This document shows positions 49,011 to 58,230 of a DNA stretch of 61,349 bases, piece after piece. Where the stretch lies: positions 1 to 61,349 of IMG/VR virus record IMGVR_UViG_3300028383_000142, one strand, 5' to 3'. This DNA comes from a virus. Taxonomy: Duplodnaviria; Caudoviricetes. Below the pieces are notes generated by a model. That model did no database searches and was not told where the DNA came from. It saw only the letters and a list, made by a program, of their open reading frames with translations. Positions within the stretch are counted from its first letter, which is position 1; each line of letters opens with the position of its first letter. A program made the position numbers and the translations under genes.

Positions 49011-49613
49011 TTATTCCGAATACACCGCAAGTATTTTATCACGGATTTTGCCCTTGTCAAACTTTACGAATGGCGAGTACTTGTGGATCTTACGGGACAC
49101 CTTGTCCCACATAATCGGGTCACTTACTTGCTGATCAGCATCCCTCATAAACCCCGTCATCTTGTTCAGGATCACGACACTTTCGAGCATCACAGATCCA
49201 GACAGATACTCTGACACGACTAGCGGGTACGGTGACTTTGATGTATCGATCGCAAACAGGGAATCGAACTCATCAGATTTACTTACAAGTTCAGATACAT
49301 CGTTCCCAAACAAATATGTCAGGGACTCGTGTCGCTTCTTGAACTCAGAGTACGCTCTGTCGGCATCGTTTCCGAGCATGTCACCGATCCACTCCCGATC
49401 ATCCACAAACTGAGAGACCAAGAATCCAATTAACTCGGAGGTATGATCGAACTTTCTCCCTGCCTTGGCAAAGTGGTACCGATCCCGTCGCCGAAAGAAT
49501 GAGTTCTGGGTCACCGATGTCTTGAAGTTGTACTTGATACAGTCATACTCACCCGACCCAAAGTGCAGTTTCAGGGCCATGTAATAACGAAACACATCGT
49601 ACGGTTCAATCAT
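49011..49613 (-). CDS. gp59: Helicase loader gp59
   Basis: Y.ALKLHF..YD..KY; F.RRRDRY.F; W....KI.KY.PF; canonical position between gp33 and gp32. Confidence 0.88.
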   Translation of the reverse strand: MIEPYDVFRYYMALKLHFGSGEYDCIKYNFKTSVTQNSFFRRRDRYHFAKAGRKFDHTSELIGFLVSQFVDDREWIGDMLGNDADRAYSEFKKRHESLTYLFGNDVSELVSKSDEFDSLFAIDTSKSPYPLVVSEYLSGSVMLESVVILNKMTGFMRDADQQVSDPIMWDKVSRKIHKYSPFVKFDKGKIRDKILAVYSE

Positions 49614-49882
49614 AGCGGTAGTTGGGTATCCCCCTTGAGCATTCGTGCTTCGATCGCCTCGGCCTCGATCTTGTCCCGGATGACCGGGGATATCATGTTA
49701 CCGATGTCTGCCGGATCAATCACCCGCTCATCACAGATATTGATCACGGCGTCAGTGTAACTCATCCCGAGTTCTCGCACATTCTGTTCGACCAAGGTAG
49801 TCATCTTCTTCTTGGTCAGGGTGATTTCTTCGATCTGCTGTTCGACCGATACTTCGTCAATGTTCCCATCAGTGTCTACCAT
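49610..49882 (-). CDS. gp33: Late transcription coactivator gp33
   Basis: SYTDAVI..C....ID..I...I.DKIEAEA....L..LPL. Confidence 0.85.
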   Translation of the reverse strand: MVDTDGNIDEVSVEQQIEEITLTKKKMTTLVEQNVRELGMSYTDAVINICDERVIDPADIGNMISPVIRDKIEAEAIEARMLKGDTQLPL

Positions 49883-49896
49883 AATTGTGTTTGTCC

Positions 49897-50379
49897 TTAT
49901 TCCCATCGATAAAAAATATGATCGTCGATCTGATTAACCCGATCGAGGGTCGACGCCCATTCGGGATTCACCGAATCGGCATGATAGTGTGTCGCTCCCT
50001 CGGTAAAGTCGTACCCCAGATCATGCAGATAGTACGCATGAGCGGCCTTACGCTTGGCAGTCGCCCATGATGTTTCTTCGGTTGGCTCGTCAGACAGCCC
50101 ATTACAGTACCATGAGAATTGACAACGACCGATACGGACAGGTTCATCGAGTGGGTCAGATAATGCTCCCTGTCGCACGACCGAACAGATCGTGTCCGGA
50201 AACCTTGAGTCCTCGACCCGGTTGAGCACTACCTGCGCGACGGCCACCATACCGGCAGAGGACTGGTCCCGCGACTCAAAGTAGATGTTCTGGGCCAGAC
50301 ACTCATGCTCACTCGACGGTACGGACGATAGCATAAATGTCAGGACCAGTTGGTACAGTTCGGGGTTCAGTAATTTCAT
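49897..50379 (-). CDS. SleB-like cell wall hydrolase (Hydrolase_2)
   Basis: CLAQNIYFESR; VAQVVLNRV; CQFSW; GATHYHA; HIFY. Confidence 0.9.
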   Translation of the reverse strand: MKLLNPELYQLVLTFMLSSVPSSEHECLAQNIYFESRDQSSAGMVAVAQVVLNRVEDSRFPDTICSVVRQGALSDPLDEPVRIGRCQFSWYCNGLSDEPTEETSWATAKRKAAHAYYLHDLGYDFTEGATHYHADSVNPEWASTLDRVNQIDDHIFYRWE

Positions 50380-51533
50380 TTATCCAAGACCCTTAGCAAA
50401 ATCGTATCGGAGTTGATTCGACCAGATATGTCGGTCGATGTCTTGGTAGACAGTTTACTCCACTCCTTACCAATTTGTCTAGGGGTCTTGGACAGTACAG
50501 TTGACAGGAACTCTTCCGGTTTTCTCAGCTTGACCGACCGAGAAGAGGTGGGATCATGGTTCTGGATCGTCGTCCCTTTGATCTGGAACCCTGATTTCGA
50601 GAGGGTCACATACTCTGACAGCACCCGTGTCTTGACGTTAAAGGCGTACAAGCGGATCGATCCGGGGACCTGTGTCGGGTCAATCGAAACAACCTTGTGA
50701 GTGTTGTCTTCCTTCAGGTACTTCAGATCCTTGATCTGCTTATCTGCCGATACGGACTTCCGCTTCCGTGGTTTGCGCGTTGCCTTGGCTGCTGACCGCA
50801 GTTTGTCCAGATCCCCGAGCATCTTCTCGTATACCCCGATCCGCCTCGCCAGTTCCTTTTTGGAGAGATGTGAGTACGCCTCTACTGCATCCTTGCAACG
50901 GGAATCGCGGGCATCGATCAACTCTGTAAGTCTCACGTTGATATACCCTTCGACCTGTGACGCCGCCGCCTGACCTTTTACGTCATGGACCTTAAACAAC
51001 TGGTACATGTCCCGGTCACTGTCGCCACCACGAATCCACTCGTCCTCCATTTCGTCCAAGTCAGTCAGGACAGTCGAGTTGACCTTCTGGGCAAGTAGTT
51101 CGAGGGGCGACATTTTCCTCGGTTCATTATTCGCTCCACCCTCGCGGGTAGACCCGCCGCCTCGTGCCTTGATAATCTGGTTTCCCGACTCGATCAGTTC
51201 GCAGTACTTCTCTCTCAGGTACTCGGGATAATGGGCATACCGGGGATCATCGATCTGTAGACCTTTCGAGAGCCAGTATGCAGCCGCTGCCCTCCCGTTG
51301 AACATCGAGAAGTTGTACTCGGGGTTGGCCAAAATGGCCCGCGCATCATCTTTTGAGAAGTTGTTCCGAATCCACTCTTTCAGGATCTTCGAGACCGTGT
51401 CGGGGTCGATCTCATCGTTAAAGAACCAGTGACACTGCTCGAAACCCTTGTCGAGTGGCGCGGCATTCAACCCAACCTTTGCTCGCTTGCTGATCGTCGT
51501 CGTCTTGCTCTTGGCTTTGGTTTTGGTCGCCAT
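50376..51533 (-). CDS. Conserved T4-like hypothetical protein
   Basis: 385 aa; EAYSHL; KGTTI; LRKPEEFL; GRIN..ILL; RBS GGAGG. Confidence 0.75.
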   Translation of the reverse strand: MATKTKAKSKTTTISKRAKVGLNAAPLDKGFEQCHWFFNDEIDPDTVSKILKEWIRNNFSKDDARAILANPEYNFSMFNGRAAAAYWLSKGLQIDDPRYAHYPEYLREKYCELIESGNQIIKARGGGSTREGGANNEPRKMSPLELLAQKVNSTVLTDLDEMEDEWIRGGDSDRDMYQLFKVHDVKGQAAASQVEGYINVRLTELIDARDSRCKDAVEAYSHLSKKELARRIGVYEKMLGDLDKLRSAAKATRKPRKRKSVSADKQIKDLKYLKEDNTHKVVSIDPTQVPGSIRLYAFNVKTRVLSEYVTLSKSGFQIKGTTIQNHDPTSSRSVKLRKPEEFLSTVLSKTPRQIGKEWSKLSTKTSTDISGRINSDTILLRVLDK

Positions 51534-51560
51534 AATAAGTCAAACCTCCATATGCACAAA

Positions 51561-51581
51561 GGCCGGAGGATCTCCCCGGCC
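51561..51581 (-). terminator. Probable terminator hairpin
   Basis: GGCCGGGG-AGAT-CCTCCGGCC-TTTGT on the minus strand. Confidence 0.55.
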
Positions 51582-51616
51582 AGTGTACTTATACAATCGC
51601 GATATTTAGCAGGTAT

Positions 51617-52915
51617 TCAGATATTGTCTTCCTCACGGAACTCGGCGTCGATTCGCTTGGCAAGGGCGGCATGACCCCACTTTCCGTTACGGGTCGACGG
51701 CCCCTCGATCTCCTCGAAGGCGAACGCACGCCCGCGTATGCGCGAGAGGAACTCACCGGCAGCACGACCGTACCGACCCGACCCGACAACCTCTTTCTGG
51801 CGGTATGGCGGAAAGCCATCTTCGCGTTTTGAGGTACCGAGGAGGTACGCACTTTTTCCGCCAGCAGGGACGATGAGCACCGAATCCTGATCGGTCTTGA
51901 CGCCCATCTTAAACAGATCCTTCTCTAGTTCGCCACCGTCGGGTCCATCAACCTTATGGTTGCACACAAAGAATGACGGCTCGACCACTTCCTTGACATG
52001 ACGTTTTGGCTCGCCGCCATACTTGTCGGCCATTCGGGAGGCCATGTCCTGATCTGCAAACACCGATGCAATGTTTACCTTGTCAGTCCAGACGGGGTCA
52101 GACCCCGACTCCTGAAAAGACAGGTACAGGGTCTTACCTCGTTCATCTTTCGCGACGATGAACTTCTTGGTATTGGCGTTCTCGATGTAGTTACCTTCTA
52201 CCGCCGTGACAGAGTAACCCTTCCCGAGGAGGTACTGTTTGATCAGTCTATTCGCGGCGTTATTCTCGGATCGTGTTCGCTCGTCTCGATACCCAGAGAT
52301 AGCACCACATGTATGGGCCTGTACCTTGCGCCAGATACGCGAGAGAGACGATTCGTCAAGTACCTCAAGGTCTGGCTGGGCCTCGATCGTCGATTCAAAC
52401 AGTGTTCTGGCCCCACCGGTGTTCGTACCCTCTTCGAGTCCGTACCTCTGAATCTCACCGACTTCAAGGAGCTTGAGCCGGTCAGATCGCATCTCAAGGA
52501 TCCTGATTTCGGTCCCCCTCCCCATGATGCCCTCTTCGAGGAACGCATTGACCCAACTCTCGATCGTCTCTTTGGTTTTACGGTCAAGCGAATTGACGGT
52601 CACTGACCAGTACGTCGCCCTCTGAGAGTACTTACGCACGCGAATCCATCCACGAGTCAGTGCCATTGAAATCAATTCTTCTCGTGCGTCACCTTCCATG
52701 CCAACAGGCTCGCCATGCTTGCCGTAAATGCTCTGGATGACACTGTCAGACAAACCAAACTTAGACGGGTTGTCGATAATATCCTTTACATGAACAGACG
52801 ATGTACCGACCAACTCACCTTTTGGTGAAAGCCAGAACCCTGCTTTGTGGCCAAAACGACGCCCGGCGATATTGCCGGTAAACTTTTCTCCTAAGTATGT
52901 CTTAAAAGACTTCAT
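51617..52915 (-). CDS. Putative capsid-internal protein with DUF3293-like domain
   Basis: N-terminal MKSFKTYLGE; ESSLSR..ISGYR..EN..GNYIE..E.SFFV..QDSVL. Confidence 0.7.
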   Translation of the reverse strand: MKSFKTYLGEKFTGNIAGRRFGHKAGFWLSPKGELVGTSSVHVKDIIDNPSKFGLSDSVIQSIYGKHGEPVGMEGDAREELISMALTRGWIRVRKYSQRATYWSVTVNSLDRKTKETIESWVNAFLEEGIMGRGTEIRILEMRSDRLKLLEVGEIQRYGLEEGTNTGGARTLFESTIEAQPDLEVLDESSLSRIWRKVQAHTCGAISGYRDERTRSENNAANRLIKQYLLGKGYSVTAVEGNYIENANTKKFIVAKDERGKTLYLSFQESGSDPVWTDKVNIASVFADQDMASRMADKYGGEPKRHVKEVVEPSFFVCNHKVDGPDGGELEKDLFKMGVKTDQDSVLIVPAGGKSAYLLGTSKREDGFPPYRQKEVVGSGRYGRAAGEFLSRIRGRAFAFEEIEGPSTRNGKWGHAALAKRIDAEFREEDNI

Positions 52916-52919
52916 TTAC

Positions 52920-53219
52920 CTACTTGTCCTTTTTGCTCTGCTCTCTGAACAGTACGAGTGGTTCGTTGTGCTTCTCGAATTCTTTACGAATCCTGTCAAA
53001 ATTCCATCGCGTGGATGTTACCAACTCTTCGAGGTACTCGTCAAACCGGTTGAAGCTTTCGTTGCTCATGATCGGCAGCTCGGTTTCGTCGGGGTAGTGG
53101 TCATACCCACCGTAGATATCGATCCGACCACCGATCCATCCCGATCCATTTTCCTCGATCCAGTCGCCGTTGATCGGTCCCATCACATTGGGGGAGTATG
53201 TAAAGTCGGTATCTTTCAT
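52920..53219 (-). CDS. Hypothetical protein
   Basis: 99-aa ORF packed between neighbours. Confidence 0.65.
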   Translation of the reverse strand: MKDTDFTYSPNVMGPINGDWIEENGSGWIGGRIDIYGGYDHYPDETELPIMSNESFNRFDEYLEELVTSTRWNFDRIRKEFEKHNEPLVLFREQSKKDK

Positions 53220-53224
53220 TGCTA

Positions 53225-54739
53225 TTAGCCCATACCGTAATCCAGTTCCAATTCCTTCTCAACATAACCTACGATCTGTGAAGATACACTCGAATCTATC
53301 AAAGACGTTACAACTTTTTGAGCGACTTTACCACGCGAAAGGGTAAGGGTGCGGTCTCCGACATTTTGTTCCACCGAGTCGGCAGTGCGCTCAACCAAAT
53401 TTCTGGCGACATCAAGTGTATCCACGACATCAAACTCACCCTTCTTAACAAGGTCTCCAAAGTATCTTATGATGTTGCCATAGTTTTTCGCGTTGATATC
53501 GACGACAGAAAGAACGCGTGCCATAATGTCGGGGCTTCGGTAACTGAGTTCTCCCGCAAACTCTTTGGCGACATTCGCGCCGATACTAGATACTTCAGAG
53601 AATTTGGATGCAAAATCAGAAATCGCTTGGTCTGACACCATCTCTGATTTTAAGTCACTAATGACAGTCAGTATATCCATGTGCTGGGGATACTGGTTCG
53701 CCATCTTGGCCACAAATTCTGGCCGGATATCCGATACCATATCTGCATTTTCATAGTAAATACCATCCAGACTACCTTTCTGGAAGTGGAGTTCGACGAT
53801 CTTCTCCTGTACCGGGACAGGGAACTCCCCATACTCTTTCGCGACTTGATCTGTCAGAGGGACAAATGCATCGACATTGTCCTCGACATACTTGACGTAT
53901 TCCTCATCCGACATCTGGGCAAGCATCCTCTTGCGCTCACCGTCAGACTCGGCCTTCCCAACATCGGCAGGGGAGTACTTGTTGTAGTACCGATTCAGGT
54001 CCTTGATGGGCTTCTTGGAAAAGAATACTGCCTGTACCGGTTCGGACGTATGGATAATTCCATCCCCGTACATGTCAACACAACCATCGACACCCATCTC
54101 TCGAAACAGCTTGTTCCATGACACGGGCTTTTTCTTGGCCTTCCATTTGTCATCGACACTGTACCCCAGCGTATAGAAAAGATCGGGATCCATCAGCATC
54201 TCAGAAATCCGCATCGATGCCCACCAGAACCGTCCACCGGGATTGTTGATCTTAGATATGTTGGACGCAGCATCAAACACTTCCTCTTCAAGAAAGTCGG
54301 CGAGTTCTTTCCACTCAGACCCACCTGATTTGATTCCCGCATATTTGGCAAACACATCGACCATCGACCGGTACAGGTCCATGAGTTGCCGATCGTCCAT
54401 CGTCGACAGGTTGATGATATTCCCTTTGACCGAGAAGACATTGGCGTACGGTTGCCCACCTGCAAACGGGAGGTCGCGCATTGCCGAGTAGTCGCCCGTC
54501 TTTTGGAGAATATACCATGAGGGGTATGCATAGATGCCGATAGGGGTATTGTACCTTGAGCCGGGGTTAATGCCCAGTTTGTCTACAGCCGTGAATGAGA
54601 CAAAGGAGTTCGCGATATCTGTACCGGGGATTGCACCGGCGTCCTCATAGTGCTGGGAGATGTGCCAGTTGATCGGCACCTTGGGGTTGAGGTGTGGGTT
54701 CCTCCGAGCCTCTTTGAGAAATGATTTGAACGAAAGCAT
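53225..54739 (-). CDS. Putative capsid-internal protein
   Basis: N-terminal MLSFKSFLKEA; KLGINP.S.YNTPIGIYAYP; D.G.GIIH..EP.QAVFF; late promoter upstream. Confidence 0.7.
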   Translation of the reverse strand: MLSFKSFLKEARRNPHLNPKVPINWHISQHYEDAGAIPGTDIANSFVSFTAVDKLGINPGSRYNTPIGIYAYPSWYILQKTGDYSAMRDLPFAGGQPYANVFSVKGNIINLSTMDDRQLMDLYRSMVDVFAKYAGIKSGGSEWKELADFLEEEVFDAASNISKINNPGGRFWWASMRISEMLMDPDLFYTLGYSVDDKWKAKKKPVSWNKLFREMGVDGCVDMYGDGIIHTSEPVQAVFFSKKPIKDLNRYYNKYSPADVGKAESDGERKRMLAQMSDEEYVKYVEDNVDAFVPLTDQVAKEYGEFPVPVQEKIVELHFQKGSLDGIYYENADMVSDIRPEFVAKMANQYPQHMDILTVISDLKSEMVSDQAISDFASKFSEVSSIGANVAKEFAGELSYRSPDIMARVLSVVDINAKNYGNIIRYFGDLVKKGEFDVVDTLDVARNLVERTADSVEQNVGDRTLTLSRGKVAQKVVTSLIDSSVSSQIVGYVEKELELDYGMG

Positions 54740-54778
54740 AGGATCCCTGTCGATCGAGTAAAGTGGTATATATGACCC

Positions 54779-54786
54779 TATTTATA
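54779..54786 (-). promoter_or_regulatory. Late promoter TATAAATA
   Basis: tatttata on the + strand. Confidence 0.7.
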
Positions 54787-55738
54787 CATTTTCAAACTGG
54801 CCGGTCACATCCTCGATATACTGGTTCATCACCTCGATACCCGAGTCGATAAAGAGATCACATGCACAGTTTGCACAGTTCTTCCCCCGAATCAGATATT
54901 CTAGCACACGATGCTTGTACAGGTCGTTTTCGTCGTCTTTGCACTCGGATGGGTAGAGTGGCGAAGTGTCTACTCCCCACCGTTCGAGCATGGACACTGA
55001 GTTGTCGATAAACGATCGGGCATCATAGTGGTCCAGCCCATTGTGGTACAGGAAAGCAACATACATCTCAGGAGACGCAAGGGCCAGAGAGTAATGGATA
55101 CTGTACACGGTGCCCAGCTTGTGGGCGATATCAGCAGACTGAAACAGGTCGGCAAGGTCTGTAACCCGACCGTCAAAACTTACATCTGAAATGCTATTCT
55201 TGTCCCATAGGAAATTCCAGTCAGAACTGATCATATACTCTAGCAGGTCGGTCAGGGCTTCTGGAGATCCGGTGTACCCGACATACCCTCGCCGCCCACA
55301 CAGATAATCAAGAACATAGTACGACTGCTGATTCTGCCGATCAAACTCAACAACATCAATTACATCGACCGATGACCGTTCAAAGGTCATGGAGTTAATG
55401 ACCAGTGGTCCTTCCTTGATAGAGCAGGACCCAATAAAATCGGGGAAGAACGGCTGGTACCGCTCCTGAAACACCCCCCACTTCCCCTCAAAGGCACTCT
55501 TACACACACTGTACGGGCCGTATATGATCCCTGTTTCTTCAAGGAGAGTGTACGTGTCGGGATCGTATGAGTTGACCAGATGGCGCGAGTACTCAACACC
55601 TGCGCCCTTGTAATAGTGCTTTTGACCCCGCGAAACACGTCCACCGCTGTATTCAAGGGTATCTGGAACAATGAATTCGTCGATCTGGCTACCGGTCGAA
55701 TCGTACACGGGGACTGGGGTAGTAGACATGATGCTCAA
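54782..55738 (-). CDS. Hypothetical acidic protein with C-terminal CxxCxC motif
   Basis: 318-aa ORF; GKNCANCACDLF. Confidence 0.7.
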   Translation of the reverse strand: MSIMSTTPVPVYDSTGSQIDEFIVPDTLEYSGGRVSRGQKHYYKGAGVEYSRHLVNSYDPDTYTLLEETGIIYGPYSVCKSAFEGKWGVFQERYQPFFPDFIGSCSIKEGPLVINSMTFERSSVDVIDVVEFDRQNQQSYYVLDYLCGRRGYVGYTGSPEALTDLLEYMISSDWNFLWDKNSISDVSFDGRVTDLADLFQSADIAHKLGTVYSIHYSLALASPEMYVAFLYHNGLDHYDARSFIDNSVSMLERWGVDTSPLYPSECKDDENDLYKHRVLEYLIRGKNCANCACDLFIDSGIEVMNQYIEDVTGQFENV

Positions 55739-55773
55739 TCACTCCGATTGTCATAGCGATAATAAAATAAAGT

Positions 55774-55856
55774 GACCGACTCCGAAGGCGTCCCCTCGGC
55801 GATATCCGTTCATTCGGATCACGATTTGCGCTTGGCTGTGCAGAGGCGTGCCGGTT
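55774..55856 (-). ncRNA. Unassigned structured RNA candidate A
   Basis: ACCGGC/GUCGGU closing stem, CCUC/GAGG, AUCCG-AAUGAA-CGGAU hairpin; GC-rich island in AT-rich spacers just 3' of tRNA-Ser. Confidence 0.5.
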
Positions 55857-55871
55857 TGTTATTGATTAAAT

Positions 55872-55963
55872 TGGCGGAGAGGGAGGGATTCGAACCCCCG
55901 GAGCGTTTTACCGCTCGCCTGTTTTCAAGACAGGTGTAATCAGCCAGACTCTACCACCTCTCC
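55872..55963 (-). tRNA. tRNA-Ser(UGA)
   Basis: GGAGAGG acceptor, CCUGU-CU UGA AA-ACAGG, long variable arm, GGUUCGAAUCC, encoded CCA. Confidence 0.95.
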
Positions 55964-55970
55964 AGATTCT

Positions 55971-56084
55971 TTACTGACAAAGGTCCTCGTACTTGGTCGT
56001 GTACTTACGATGTGCCGACTTGTCGTCGCGATCTTCTTTTGTCTTCTTGGTCGGCGTAAAAGCCTCTTTAATTTTCTGTATCAT
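55971..56084 (-). CDS. 37-aa small protein MIQKIKEAFTPTKKTKEDRDDKSAHRKYTTKYEDLCQ
   Basis: ATG..TAA ORF that exactly fills the tRNA-Trp/tRNA-Ser gap; below the ORF-track cutoff. Confidence 0.55.
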   Translation of the reverse strand: MIQKIKEAFTPTKKTKEDRDDKSAHRKYTTKYEDLCQ

Positions 56085-56107
56085 AATCAATCTCACTTGC
56101 TAGTCAT

Positions 56108-56181
56108 TGGCTCCGGTGGACGGAATCGAACCGCCAGTAAGGGTTTTGGAGACCCCTGTGTTACCATTACACCACACCGGA
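56108..56181 (-). tRNA. tRNA-Trp(CCA)
   Basis: UCCGGUG/CACCGGA acceptor, GGGGU-CU CCA AA-ACCCU, GGUUCGAUUCC, CCA. Confidence 0.93.
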
Positions 56182-56188
56182 AATTGTT

Positions 56189-56264
56189 TGGCTGCCCGAG
56201 CAGGATTCGAACCTACGACCAAGCGGGTAACAACCGCACGCTCTACCAACTGAGCCATCGGGCA
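56189..56264 (-). tRNA. tRNA-Asn(GUU), non-canonical anticodon loop
   Basis: UGCCCGA/UCGGGCA acceptor, GCGG-UU GUU AC-CCGC, GGUUCGAAUCC, CCA. Confidence 0.9.
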
Positions 56265-56274
56265 ATGGCAATAA

Positions 56275-56772
56275 TTACACGACACCGAGTTCTGAGGCCA
56301 CGAAGTCCATGAGGACCCGAATATAGCGAACCTTCTGGCCCCGACGCTCAAAGCGAATCTCGTCCGTGTCGCCTTCCGAAGACCCTTCAGTCAGTGGGTA
56401 AAGCATCTTGCGGAGCAGAGACACTTTGACGAACGGCATCATCCCACCAGCCATGGTCGATTCAGTGAGGTACCGGCCAATGAACTCGCCCTCCTTGAGA
56501 GGAATAGAAGAGACCAGTCGACGGTCCTCGTCCGACAGACTCGCGATAACCATGTCACTGCTACCAGATTCTGTGATAGCAACGATATCGCCCGAGGAGT
56601 ACCCCTGCTCAGACGAAAGGTATGACATTGCCTGTCGCGGAACAGACCACATTGCCATTGATTCATCAAATGCCACACCATCTGGGAATGATTCCTGAGC
56701 AATCTGCTCATTCAACGGTGAATGCATCGACTTGTATGCTTCGGCGATCGACTTGATGGACTCATGAGACAT
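56275..56772 (-). CDS. Hypothetical protein, possibly capsid-internal (N-terminal SIAEAYKSM..LNE)
   Basis: RBS CAGGAG before ATG 56772; late promoter TATAAATA at 56832-56839. Confidence 0.65.
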   Translation of the reverse strand: MSHESIKSIAEAYKSMHSPLNEQIAQESFPDGVAFDESMAMWSVPRQAMSYLSSEQGYSSGDIVAITESGSSDMVIASLSDEDRRLVSSIPLKEGEFIGRYLTESTMAGGMMPFVKVSLLRKMLYPLTEGSSEGDTDEIRFERRGQKVRYIRVLMDFVASELGVV

Positions 56773-56834
56773 CGGTTTGGACTCCTGTTTAGCGTTATCT
56801 CGATTACGTGTATAGTATACTACTGATACTCTAT

Positions 56835-57128
56835 TTATACAACCGGGGTCTTCTTGTACTCGGTCGAGAAGAAGTCCGTCACAGAATCCACCCGGAATGA
56901 ACGCCACTCGCCCTTCTCGGTATCAAACACCTTGACGATATCGGTGTTGACCGGCTTGTCGTCAGGGCTGTCGGCATTACCATCAGTCTTGGGGCGCTTG
57001 TCCTCGGGGATGCGGTCAAAGTCCAGTGTCCCGAGCATGACCCGCTGATCACCATTCTTCTTGGTGAATGTAATCTGACACACACCGTTCCGAAGCGCCT
57101 CGACCATTTCATCTCGCGTAATCATCAT
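56835..57128 (-). CDS. WYL_2/SH3-like beta-barrel protein
   Basis: LRNG..ITFTKKNGDQRVM.GTL..VFD.EKGEWRSFRVD; RBS CAGGAG. Confidence 0.85.
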   Translation of the reverse strand: MMITRDEMVEALRNGVCQITFTKKNGDQRVMLGTLDFDRIPEDKRPKTDGNADSPDDKPVNTDIVKVFDTEKGEWRSFRVDSVTDFFSTEYKKTPVV

Positions 57129-57162
57129 GTATCTCCTGTCTTTTTTCTCAACCAACACATAT

Positions 57163-57191
57163 AGTATAAGAGATACGGTCTATTTTGTCAA
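57163..57191 (-). promoter_or_regulatory. sigma70-type early promoter TTGACA-N17-TATACT
   Basis: -35 at 57186-57191, -10 at 57163-57168. Confidence 0.8.
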
Positions 57192-57394
57192 CCCTCGCGC
57201 TCTTTCCCAACGGTTTCGATGTACCGATCAGTCAAGCCGATGTCTTTGGCATACTGGCGGACCTGCCGATCCGTGTAGTGGGCAAGTCCGATGTGTTCGG
57301 GTGGGTACTGGTCCAGTGACTCTCCCGTACAAAACTTCCGGGCGATCTGACGGATCATTTCATACCGGGTAACGCGATCGAGTGTTGCCATCAC
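57188..57394 (-). CDS. Hypothetical protein
   Basis: Coupled small ORF with GGAGG RBS. Confidence 0.6.
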   Translation of the reverse strand: MMATLDRVTRYEMIRQIARKFCTGESLDQYPPEHIGLAHYTDRQVRQYAKDIGLTDRYIETVGKEREG

Positions 57395-57660
57395 TGCGTC
57401 CTCCCTCGAATCTCATCAAGGAGTTCGTCGTGCAGATTCCATAGTTCCTCGGTCTTGAGGGTCTTGTACCAGTCTCTCCGAATCTGGTCGGGGGACTGTG
57501 GCACACTCATCGCTTCGCGCAGCATACTCTGATACCGCTTATACGCCGCATCGATCATCTCGGGTGTAAAGCCCGCACTCTCTTGTGGAATAAACGGCTC
57601 GACCTTATTGAGTCCCATCTTAGATGCATTCATCCAGTCTTTCCAATCGGGGTAGAACAT
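57391..57660 (-). CDS. Hypothetical protein
   Basis: RBS AAGGAG. Confidence 0.65.
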   Translation of the reverse strand: MFYPDWKDWMNASKMGLNKVEPFIPQESAGFTPEMIDAAYKRYQSMLREAMSVPQSPDQIRRDWYKTLKTEELWNLHDELLDEIRGRTQ

Positions 57661-57676
57661 AACAATATCACTCCTT

Positions 57677-57958
57677 TTACTGGTCTTGTCGCATCAGGTT
57701 CATGATCTCGACCTGTGCATCAATACAGTCTGATTCATCGACCACCGAGTTGTCAAGATCCGCCAGCTTGATCAGCAGGATCATCAGCATCAGGTCATGA
57801 TGCATGTCCCGGTCGATTGCATCCCGTAGTTCGATAATCTCGTCGAATGTCTCGCACAGCCATAACTGCTGGCACAACCACTGTTGCTGATCGGTCAGAT
57901 GATCAATCTGGATGATTGAGTTGAAAACTCGTAGACTCCGATCATTCTCTTCGGGCAT
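57677..57958 (-). CDS. Hypothetical acidic protein
   Basis: RBS GAGG; 93 aa. Confidence 0.65.
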   Translation of the reverse strand: MPEENDRSLRVFNSIIQIDHLTDQQQWLCQQLWLCETFDEIIELRDAIDRDMHHDLMLMILLIKLADLDNSVVDESDCIDAQVEIMNLMRQDQ

Positions 57959-57972
57959 AACCGCCTCTACTC

Positions 57973-58230
57973 CTATTGGTTGAGGATTCGCTGGGCCAGA
58001 GTCACCGCCTCATCAAGATGATATGAATCCGACACCAGAATAGCGCCCTGCCTCAGAAACCAGCGCACATTCTCAGGATCGCTTGTCTGGCGTGTGCGAG
58101 GAATGGCAGGACCCATCTGGGACAATAGGTATGTGTACCGGACATGGTCCCGGTCCGTTGCACTCTTATTGGGGTCAGAACCTCGCGGATCTTTTACAAC
58201 CGTCATCATCATGGTGAACCACCTGTACAT
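57973..58230 (-). CDS. Hypothetical protein
   Basis: IP..R....NVRWFLR.GA motif; start uncertain. Confidence 0.55.
   Translation of the reverse strand: MYRWFTMMMTVVKDPRGSDPNKSATDRDHVRYTYLLSQMGPAIPRTRQTSDPENVRWFLRQGAILVSDSYHLDEAVTLAQRILNQ

Noticed and set aside
55774-55856. c-di-GMP-I riboswitch or tRNA-associated theta/HDV-like ribozyme
   Set aside because: Only fragments (GCAAA, GGGACGC) match. There is no GNRA/receptor pair, and I could not build a nested double pseudoknot.
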